Shown: one piece after another, positions 9,785 through 17,390 of the stretch | Numbering within the stretch: the first letter of the stretch is position 1 | Layout: each line of letters opens with the position of its first letter | From: Snowella sp. | GTDB lineage: Bacteria; Cyanobacteriota; Cyanobacteriia; Cyanobacteriales; Microcystaceae | NCBI GenBank assembly: GCA_035285545.1 | Contig: JAYKGY010000137.1 | Span: 1-25,103, forward strand | DNA length: 25,103 bases | Direction of reading: 5' to 3' | Notes under the pieces: generated by a model | Seen by the model: the letters and a program-made list of their open reading frames with translations, nothing else | Told to the model about the DNA's origin: nothing | Databases searched by the model: none | Made by a program: the position numbers and the translations under genes

Positions 9785-12280
9785 CTACTCCGTGACTGGC
9801 ACAATGCGATTTCTTCCCCGTTGCTTGGCTCGATAGAGGGCCATGTCTGCCGCTCGATAGAGAGTTTGTAGATCTTCTCCATCATCGGGAAACTGGGCCA
9901 TCCCACCGCTAAAGGTCATTTGAAAAACGGTGCCATCACTCGCCGTAAATTGGTTCTGACTAAAATGATAGGCGATATTTTCTAGCCGTTGAAGACAATT
10001 TTCTTTGGTGCTGCCATACATCCCGATGACAAATTCTTCTCCCCCCCAACGCCCCACCACGTCTTCTTGGCGGAAGGTTTGGCTCAGCAGTTGTCCCACG
10101 TAGCGCAGAACGCGATCGCCCGTTTCATGGCCGTATTGATCATTAATACCTTTAAAATGATCCAAATCCAAAATCGCTAAATTTAACTGTTGTTGTTGAC
10201 GTTTTGCCAAATTGAACAAGCGGGTAAGATCCTGCAAGGCTTTGCGTCGGAGGCAGACCCCCGTTAACTCATCCATTTCCGCCATACTCCACAATTTCCG
10301 CTGTTCTAGACGGATACGGATCCGGTTGAGCAATTCCGTCACCACAATGGGCTTACTCAAGAAATCATCTGCCCCCGCCTCAAAACTACTTTGGATGGTT
10401 TCAATATCCGTATGGGCCGATAAAAAGATGATGGGTAACCGATTCCAACGGGGATCACTGCGAATCACTTTACAGAGATCAATCCCACTCAGGGGAATAT
10501 CCGTTAACATCCGCGAGGCCACGTCTTGACGATTGCCCACTGAATGAACCCCATTCAAACTCGTTGCCGATTGGGAAGCCAATTCTCGAACACTTTCTAG
10601 TTCCAGGGGATTTTTCCCTAACTTAATGTCCAGAATTAGGAGATCAGGCAAGGTTTGCTCCAAAACTTCCCAAAAATGTTGGGGACGATCAAGCATACTC
10701 AATTGATAGCCACAGGGTTCTAACAAAGAGCGGAGCAGACGCAATAGCTCTGGATCATCGTCAACAATCAGGAGGCGAGCGGTAGAAAGATTAGCAGTTT
10801 GCACAATTTGAGAAACAATCGTCAGAACTTCTGTCGGACTAATGGGGCGGGGCAAGAAACATTGACTGCCTAAACGGGCAGCCTCTAGACGTTTAAGAAA
10901 ATTATCTTCAGCCGTCAGAATGACAATGGGCAGGGATGGAAACTGACGATTAATCGTGGCCAAAAAGTTAAAGCCGGTTTCGGCATCACTGGAGAAATTT
11001 AAATCCATGATGATGACATCGGGCAGATGGCTGGTGAGAGCAACCTGGGCCTGGGCGAGATCGTTGGTAACGGCTACTTCAAAGCCCCAGGTAACGGATT
11101 CGGCGGCAAGTTGATCGGCAAAGGCCACATCATCATCAATGATCAATAGGGACGGAATGGTCGGTGTCGCCAAGGCAGTGGGACATTGGGACGGTAAAGA
11201 CGGGGATTCTGCCGTATTACTTTGTAGGAGATGGTTTTCTAGCATCGGCAACAGATGGCGGAGTTGGTCTAAATCCGATAGCCCTAAGTTTTTTTTCTGT
11301 TTAAAAATTTGCTGAATTTGACGGGCGATCACGGAGGCTTCTTCTAACCCAAAACTGCCCAGTGAGCCGGTTAGGGTATGGGCTTCTCCTTCGGCTTCTT
11401 GTTGGATTGCCGGAGTCAGGGTGTGATTTTCTAAGGCTTCAACGGCATTTTGAATCATTTTGAAGCGATCGCGGTAGGATTGGCGACATTCTAACCACAC
11501 ATCCCCTAAGCCAGGGGCAACGGTAGCGGGTACGGGGGCAGCGGTCGTTTCTTCGGGAACAGTCGGCGCATTTGCTTTATGAATTTCATCCTTGCGCTTG
11601 AGTCGATAGCCTAATTTATAGATGGTCTCAACAATATCCTCCGATCCCATTTGCTTCAGTTTTTTCCGCAGAGACTTGATATGGGAACGAATGGCTCCTT
11701 CACTGGGACACTCCTCCGCTGTCCAAAGCCGGTCTAATAGGCGAGTCGGGCTAAAGATTTGGTCAGGATTGCGTAAAAAAAGCTCTAATAATTGGTATTC
11801 CTTCGAGGTTAAGGGGACTAATTGCCCATCGTAGCGGACTTCACAATTATTCGGATTGAGCACCAATTGATCAAAGGTCAACAGCGGCGATCGCATCACC
11901 TTATTGCGTCGTAACAAGGCCCGAATCCGAGCCAGTAATTCTTCCACATTAAAAGGCTTCACCACATAATCATCGGCTCCCGCATCCAGCCCCATAACCT
12001 TATTCGTGACTTCATCCAGAGCCGTCATTAACAGGATGGGCGTGTCTCGATTGGGATTGAGAACCGTCGATTGATTCGTTCTAATACGCTGGCAAAATTG
12101 AATACCATCTAGCCCAGGTAAGACTAAATCCAACAAAATCAGATCATAGGGATAGGTTTCTGCCAAATCCCACGCCATATTCCCATCCATCGCCACTTCG
12201 ACCTGATAGTGTTGTTGCACTAATATGACCTGAAGCAGTTCGGAAAGGCCTTGATCATCCTCGACGCAAAGAATTTTCAC
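9785..12280 (-). CDS. Multi-domain response regulator / diguanylate cyclase: REC - OmpR wHTH - HPt - REC - REC - GGDEF (RcaC-like plus GGDEF)
   Basis: GTG start. MKILCVEDD REC; wHTH (LTSKEYQLLELF...SHIKSLRKKL...IVETIYKLGYRL); HPt AHTLTGSLGSFG; two further RECs; DELTG, DLDHFKGINDQYGHETGD and RQEDVVGRWGGEEF (RxxD I-site plus GGEEF). Confidence 0.92.
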   Translation of the reverse strand: MKILCVEDDQGLSELLQVILVQQHYQVEVAMDGNMAWDLAETYPYDLILLDLVLPGLDGIQFCQRIRTNQSTVLNPNRDTPILLMTALDEVTNKVMGLDAGADDYVVKPFNVEELLARIRALLRRNKVMRSPLLTFDQLVLNPNNCEVRYDGQLVPLTSKEYQLLELFLRNPDQIFSPTRLLDRLWTAEECPSEGAIRSHIKSLRKKLKQMGSEDIVETIYKLGYRLKRKDEIHKANAPTVPEETTAAPVPATVAPGLGDVWLECRQSYRDRFKMIQNAVEALENHTLTPAIQQEAEGEAHTLTGSLGSFGLEEASVIARQIQQIFKQKKNLGLSDLDQLRHLLPMLENHLLQSNTAESPSLPSQCPTALATPTIPSLLIIDDDVAFADQLAAESVTWGFEVAVTNDLAQAQVALTSHLPDVIIMDLNFSSDAETGFNFLATINRQFPSLPIVILTAEDNFLKRLEAARLGSQCFLPRPISPTEVLTIVSQIVQTANLSTARLLIVDDDPELLRLLRSLLEPCGYQLSMLDRPQHFWEVLEQTLPDLLILDIKLGKNPLELESVRELASQSATSLNGVHSVGNRQDVASRMLTDIPLSGIDLCKVIRSDPRWNRLPIIFLSAHTDIETIQSSFEAGADDFLSKPIVVTELLNRIRIRLEQRKLWSMAEMDELTGVCLRRKALQDLTRLFNLAKRQQQQLNLAILDLDHFKGINDQYGHETGDRVLRYVGQLLSQTFRQEDVVGRWGGEEFVIGMYGSTKENCLQRLENIAYHFSQNQFTASDGTVFQMTFSGGMAQFPDDGEDLQTLYRAADMALYRAKQRGRNRIVPVTE

Positions 12281-12315
12281 CGGATTACAATTTTTTTTAG
12301 TAAAACTATCGATAC

Positions 12316-12350
12316 AAAAAAAGTGAAATAAGCGAAAACTCTCATTTCAC
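12316..12350 (-). terminator. Intrinsic-terminator-like hairpin upstream of the regulator start
   Basis: Minus strand GTGAAATGAG-agttttcg-CTTATTTCAC-TTTTTTT: 10-bp AT-rich stem with one G.U pair, followed by U7. Confidence 0.4.
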
Positions 12351-12627
12351 CAGTCCTGCTTCTTTCCAATCATACTCTAGGGTTTCTAAAGACCGCATTT
12401 ATTCCCAAGGCATTATAACCATAAATTCTCATTAAAAAAGACAGGCAATAAGATATGAAGCCTAAAGCTCTGATTTTAGGGCAAATATTCTATATATTGT
12501 CTTTAAACAAGCTTATTCAAGCTCTGTTTTATTGTCAAGAAACAATTTAATTCAAAGTCAAGAGACTGCAAATTGAATCTCCTGACTGAGGCAACCAATC
12601 CCATTGATGGTAATGGACTGAATATTC

Positions 12628-13062
12628 TTAGACATGCACCTGATTCGGTTTTAACGCGATGGTTTTGACGGTTAAATTTTCTAACCATGCCAGATTCCAA
12701 TCTTCTAAAATCGTCATCCATTGGGGATTACACGCTTGACCGTCTTGCCAGTCAAAAAAGATACGATTAAAGCTCGGACGACGTTTATCAAAGAGATGGA
12801 AACATTTCTCAATCCAGACCACCTGATTGGGGTTGAGCATCAATTCTTTAGCGACAATGTTGGCCATTTCTTGGAGTTGATCGGGAGTGGAGCGAAAACT
12901 ATCGGCCAATCTGTTAGAAAAAATGACGACTTGTAAAGCGGGATGGGGAAAATAAATTTGAAAATAAAAAGGGGAAGCTTGATCTTCTAAGCCCTCATTA
13001 GAGAAGACCTGATAACGGCAGTAGTAAGGATTTTCTTTGAGAGCACTTAGGGAATGGGTCAT
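12628..13062 (-). CDS. Hypothetical protein, 144 aa
   Basis: ATG preceded by AGAGGAG Shine-Dalgarno; globular-looking sequence (VVIFS...LNPNQVVWIE...F.WQDGQACNPQW) that resembles a cyanobacterial family of unknown function, from memory only. Confidence 0.75.
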   Translation of the reverse strand: MTHSLSALKENPYYCRYQVFSNEGLEDQASPFYFQIYFPHPALQVVIFSNRLADSFRSTPDQLQEMANIVAKELMLNPNQVVWIEKCFHLFDKRRPSFNRIFFDWQDGQACNPQWMTILEDWNLAWLENLTVKTIALKPNQVHV

Positions 13063-13270
13063 AGGTTAGCTCCTCTTAAAAGTCGAATCATTGTCGATCC
13101 GAAACAGGATAAAAAAAGAGAGTCGATGAAAAACGATGGTTCTGGGTCAGAATATCGCGTAATCATCCCATCGTGATGCATTAGCGGCTAAGAACTGGAT
13201 TGAGTCGAAACCCCCAACATCCCAATGGCTTTGCCTGACTAATTAACAACAAACTGACATTAAGCAATTT

Positions 13271-13288
13271 TTGTGAAAGAGTTGTGAA
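13271..13288. promoter_or_regulatory. 7-4-7 direct repeat, candidate OmpR-family operator
   Basis: TTGTGAA-agag-TTGTGAA in the divergent promoter region; on the minus strand a TAATGT -10-like hexamer follows 8 bp later. Confidence 0.45.
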
Positions 13289-13406
13289 GTTTTATGGACT
13301 CCCAGTATCTTCTTTAAAAAAACTTTAATCTTGGAGGGAGATGGAGAAGGCGGCCCATTCAGTAAAATTTGGATAGGTTCGTTTATTTATAAGGCACGTC
13401 ATTCCT

Positions 13407-15092
13407 ATCGATACTGTATTTGGTAATTTACAAGGTCTAAAAAGTAGTCAGGTTAAGCAACTCCAACGCCTGTACCACCAGCGTTTACCTGGCGATCGCT
13501 TTACGACTCCCGAATTTGCCCAACGGCTAGCGGCCATTAGCACCGAGATTGGTCAACCTATTTCGGCCTATATCAATCGGCGTGGTCAAGTGATTCGTGT
13601 CGGGGTGGGGACTCCTCGGCAAACCCAAATTCCCCCGTTAGAATTGCCCCGTTATGGTGCAGAGCGGCTTTCTGGGATTCGCTGTCTAACCACCAGTTTA
13701 AAACCCGATCCCCCCAAGGAATCGAGCTTAACGGCAATGGTCTTACAACGCTTGGATGCCCTAGTGTCTCTCGTTCTGACTGGCGAGGGCTTTGAACGAC
13801 GGGGTGGCGGGGCAACGGGATATATCAAAGCGGTTTATTTAGCCCATCTGTTGCCTCAACCGGAATTGCCTGAAGTGGTCAGCTATTGGCAAGTGTCCGA
13901 TCCCTTGAATTTGGATACGCTTTGTCAGGAAGATGCCCTTGAATTTGTTGAAAACCTAGAAGCGGAATTTCGGCGGGAATTTGTGGCCCGTCAAGTGGAA
14001 GCGGATCAAGATCGGGTGTTATTAGTCGGTTTACAGACCGATAATCTTTCTGATCAAGTGTTTGAAGATGGCCTGGCGGAGTTAACCCGTTTAGTGGATA
14101 CCGCAGGCGGTCAGGTGCTAGAAATCCTCCGACAAAAGCGATCGCAGCCCCATCCCCAAACCGTCATTGGCTCAGGAAAAGTGGAAGAATTGGCCCTCAA
14201 AGTGCAAACCACCGGCGCAAATTTAGTGGCCTTTGATCGGGATTTATCCGCTTCCCAAATCCGTAACCTGGAAACCCAATTAGGAACGCGAGTGATCGAC
14301 CGTACCGAAGTGATTTTGGATATATTCGCCCAACGGGCCCAATCCCAGGAAGGAAAATTACAGGTGGAATTGGCCCAATTGGAATACATGATGCCCAGAT
14401 TAACGGGGCGGGGGCAGGCTATGTCCCGCTTAGGGGGTGGAATCGGCACCAGGGGGCCAGGGGAAACCAAATTGGAGACGGAACGCCGAGCTATTCAACG
14501 CCGCATTTCTAAACTGCAACAGGATGTCAACCAATTGCAATCCCATCGGGCCCGTTTACGCAAGCAACGCCAAAAACAGGAAATTCCCAATATTGCCATT
14601 GTGGGTTATACCAACGCAGGAAAATCGACGCTCATTAATGCCCTCACCCAAGCTGAGGTTTACACCGCCGATCAACTGTTTGCGACCCTCGACCCCACTA
14701 CCCGCCAATTACGAGTGGCCGATCAGTCCCAGACGCGATCGCAACTTTTCCTGTTAACCGACACGGTGGGGTTTATCCATGAATTGCCCCCTTCGCTCGT
14801 TGATGCCTTTCGCGCCACCCTAGAGGAAGTCACCGAAGCTGATGCCCTGTTACAGGTCGTGGATCTGTCCCATCCGGCCTGGCAACGTCAATTAGAATCC
14901 GTCAACACGATTTTAGAAGAAATGCCGATTACCACCGGCCCCATGCTCATTGCTTTTAATAAAATTGATCAAGTCAGTAGCGAAGCTCTTGCCACTGCGA
15001 AACAGGATTATCCCCATGCGGTTTTTATTTCTGCCTGTCAACGTTTTGGCCTCGAAACCCTGAAGCAACGGTTAACCACCTTAGTCAATTAG
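13407..15092 (+). CDS. hflX: GTPase HflX (cyanobacterial long form, about 561 aa), probable ATC/ATT start
   Basis: G1 GYTNAGKS, G2 LFATLDPTT, G3 DTVGFI, G4 NKID, plus GGIGTRGPGETKLE. The frame is open 61 codons upstream of the GTG at 13590 and encodes IDTVFGNLQGLKSSQVKQLQRLYHQR, the usual cyanobacterial HflX N-terminus. Start position is inferred. Confidence 0.93.
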   Translation: MDTVFGNLQGLKSSQVKQLQRLYHQRLPGDRFTTPEFAQRLAAISTEIGQPISAYINRRGQVIRVGVGTPRQTQIPPLELPRYGAERLSGIRCLTTSLKPDPPKESSLTAMVLQRLDALVSLVLTGEGFERRGGGATGYIKAVYLAHLLPQPELPEVVSYWQVSDPLNLDTLCQEDALEFVENLEAEFRREFVARQVEADQDRVLLVGLQTDNLSDQVFEDGLAELTRLVDTAGGQVLEILRQKRSQPHPQTVIGSGKVEELALKVQTTGANLVAFDRDLSASQIRNLETQLGTRVIDRTEVILDIFAQRAQSQEGKLQVELAQLEYMMPRLTGRGQAMSRLGGGIGTRGPGETKLETERRAIQRRISKLQQDVNQLQSHRARLRKQRQKQEIPNIAIVGYTNAGKSTLINALTQAEVYTADQLFATLDPTTRQLRVADQSQTRSQLFLLTDTVGFIHELPPSLVDAFRATLEEVTEADALLQVVDLSHPAWQRQLESVNTILEEMPITTGPMLIAFNKIDQVSSEALATAKQDYPHAVFISACQRFGLETLKQRLTTLVN

Positions 15093-15146
15093 TTGATTCT
15101 GGGAGAGTAAAGACGTTAAATAAAAAAGCAACGTCAGCATAAACCT

Positions 15147-15923
15147 ATGTGGAAAGCAATTACTCGGTCGGCCATCGGCACTCGTCATCAAGCGGCTAAT
15201 TTGCCTTGTCAGGATTACGGGGCTTACCGTTTATTGAATCAGGATATTCTCATTGGCGCGATCGCGGATGGGGCAGGGAGTGCCAAAAATGCCGATATAG
15301 GGGCAAAAGTTGCCGTTGAACAGTCCCTTAATTTTCTCCAATCTCGAATTTCGTCTCCCAATTCCTTAACAGAAGAACAGGCCCAGTCTCTGTTTTACGA
15401 ATTAGGGGAATCGGTGCGTTCCCAATTAAGCCAAACCGCAACTCAAATGAAGGGGGAATTTAAGGATCTGGCTGCTACGTTGTTAGTTTTTATTGCCTCT
15501 CCCGACGCGATCGCGGCCATGCAGATTGGAGATGGTTTCATTGTCACCCGTTCCCCCACAGGAGAATACGAGCTATTGTTTCAACCCGACAAAGGTGAAT
15601 ATATTAACGAAACAACGTTTGTCACCTCTGATCAGGCCCTAGAAGCCTTACAGGTTAAGGTTTTGCAAACTCAATCTCACTTTATCTGTGCGGCGACCGA
15701 TGGCGTTGAACGGGTTTCGCTAAATTTATCGCAATGGAAGCCCTTTTCACCATTTTTTGAACCCTTAGAAGCGTATTTACAGGAAACCCACCATCCTGAA
15801 CAGGAAGATACCTATCTCAAGGATTTTCTCAATTCCGACCGCCTCAATGCCCGAACCACCGATGATAAAACCCTATTATTGTCTCTCTGGTGTCCCGTCA
15901 CTAACGCTCATGCTTTGGGGTAA
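15147..15923 (+). CDS. PP2C-family (PP2C_2 / TerY-P-like) Ser/Thr phosphatase
   Basis: SAIGTRH...PCQD, AIADGAGSA, QIGDG, GEYINETTF, ATDG and DDKT motifs. Confidence 0.88.
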   Translation: MWKAITRSAIGTRHQAANLPCQDYGAYRLLNQDILIGAIADGAGSAKNADIGAKVAVEQSLNFLQSRISSPNSLTEEQAQSLFYELGESVRSQLSQTATQMKGEFKDLAATLLVFIASPDAIAAMQIGDGFIVTRSPTGEYELLFQPDKGEYINETTFVTSDQALEALQVKVLQTQSHFICAATDGVERVSLNLSQWKPFSPFFEPLEAYLQETHHPEQEDTYLKDFLNSDRLNARTTDDKTLLLSLWCPVTNAHALG

Positions 15924-15935
15924 AGGAATCACGCT

Positions 15936-17060
15936 ATGACCACGCCACAAACCCTTGTTATTAAAATTGGAACCTCTAGCCTGACCCAAGGGCAAACCGG
16001 TCAGTTAGCACTTTCGACGATCGCGGGCTTAGTAGAAACCCTATCGCAGCTACAGCAGTTCGGCCATCGAGTCGTTTTAGTGTCCTCAGGAGCCGTCGGA
16101 GTCGGGCGAGTACGTTTAGGGATTCAGGAACGACCCAAAAAGATTTCAACCAAACAGGCGATCGCGGCAGTCGGGCAGGGGCGATTGATGCGGATTTATG
16201 ATGATCTGTTTAGTAGCCTCGAACAACCCATTGCTCAAATCTTGCTGACTCGACGGGAACTGATTGAGCGCAGTTGTTATGTCAATATCAATAATACCTT
16301 TCAGGCCTTGTTTGAATTGGGCGTAATTCCCATTGTGAACGAGAATGATACGGTCGCCATTGAAGAATTGAAATTTGGCGATAATGATACGCTTTCCGCG
16401 TTAGTTGCCAGTTTAATTGAAGCAGATTGGCTCTTTATTTTGACTGATGTAGACCGGCTGTATTCGGCTGATCCCCGCTCAAATCCCGATGCTAAGCCGA
16501 TTTCTTTAGTAACAGCCAATGAGCTAGCCCAGCTACAGGTAGATGCAGGCAGTAGTAGCAGCCAATGGGGAACAGGCGGCATGATGACGAAATTAACCGC
16601 CGCTCGCATCGCCACCGGTTCAGGAGTCCGCACGGTGATTACCCATGGCAGACATCCCCATAACCTTCTGAAAATTTTGGCAGGGGAAGGCTTAGGGACG
16701 CAATTTGAACCGCAACAACGGACAGAAAGTGCGCGTAAACGTTGGATTGCTTACGGTTTATTACCTTCGGGTAAGCTGTATTTAGATGATGGAGCTATTA
16801 AAGCCCTTTGCCAAGGGGGAAAGTCCCTTTTAGCCGCAGGAATTACCCAGGTTAGCGGTGATTTTTCGGCAACCGATGCGGTACAACTCTGCGATCGCCA
16901 AGGAAAGGAAATAGGACGAGGATTAGTGAATTACAGCAGCACAGAAATCGCTCAAATTAAGGGACATCATTCGGAAGAAATCGCCAGTATTCTCGGCTAT
17001 GTTGACTCAGAAACGGTCATTCATCGAGATAATCTCGTCATTCAGGAAATCATTTCCTAG
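15936..17060 (+). CDS. proB: Glutamate 5-kinase with C-terminal PUA domain
   Basis: [51 protein letters not shown] and IHRDNL motifs. Confidence 0.97.
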   Translation: MTTPQTLVIKIGTSSLTQGQTGQLALSTIAGLVETLSQLQQFGHRVVLVSSGAVGVGRVRLGIQERPKKISTKQAIAAVGQGRLMRIYDDLFSSLEQPIAQILLTRRELIERSCYVNINNTFQALFELGVIPIVNENDTVAIEELKFGDNDTLSALVASLIEADWLFILTDVDRLYSADPRSNPDAKPISLVTANELAQLQVDAGSSSSQWGTGGMMTKLTAARIATGSGVRTVITHGRHPHNLLKILAGEGLGTQFEPQQRTESARKRWIAYGLLPSGKLYLDDGAIKALCQGGKSLLAAGITQVSGDFSATDAVQLCDRQGKEIGRGLVNYSSTEIAQIKGHHSEEIASILGYVDSETVIHRDNLVIQEIIS

Positions 17061-17231
17061 CTCATTTTTGAGCAATTTTGCGCGATCGCAAACCTGCCGT
17101 TCTTAACAACGGTGAAAATCCCCTCTGCGTTTATGGCAAGCTTATTGCTTTTGGGGGTATTTTTTAGCTGTCAATGCGATGGGGAATACTTACTCTCTCC
17201 AACTTGAGTGATGCAAGAATTACTTATTTTG

Positions 17232-17246
17232 ATGATAAAAATGCAT
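17232..17246 (+). promoter_or_regulatory. NtcB (LysR) binding motif ATN11AT
   Basis: ATGATAAAAATGCAT centred 29.5 bp upstream of the NtcA-like box; a second degenerate copy ATGCAAGAATTACTT at 17211-17225. Confidence 0.55.
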
Positions 17247-17261
17247 TGCACAAAGTTTTTT

Positions 17262-17275
17262 GTCATTAAGGATAC
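17262..17275 (+). promoter_or_regulatory. NtcA binding site (variant GTC-N8-TAC)
   Basis: tGTCATTAAGGATACa upstream of nrtA; one mismatch to GTA-N8-TAC, with T- and A-rich flanks. Confidence 0.6.
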
Positions 17276-17390
17276 AAATCTTTACAAAAAAAACTAGCAC
17301 CCTTAAGAAGTAATTAATTGAAGCGGCAACTCAAGCACTGCATTCGTTCAGTATTTTCCCGATTAATGACTAATTAGCTTGAAAAAACAA

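Noticed and set aside
12503..12721. 72-aa minus-strand ORF between the hypothetical gene and the regulator
   Set aside because: Overlaps the 144-aa gene by 94 bp in another frame, with no clear Shine-Dalgarno or motif.
13150..13245. c-di-GMP-I riboswitch upstream of the 144-aa gene (GGCAAAGCCATT on the minus strand)
   Set aside because: The GAAA tetraloop stem and the downstream GACGCAAA core are missing; only an Infernal search could rescue it.
17096..17166. Terminator after proB
   Set aside because: Only short or long-looped inverted repeats (GCCGTT/AACGGT; AAAATCCCC/GGGGGTATTTT); too weak to call without folding.
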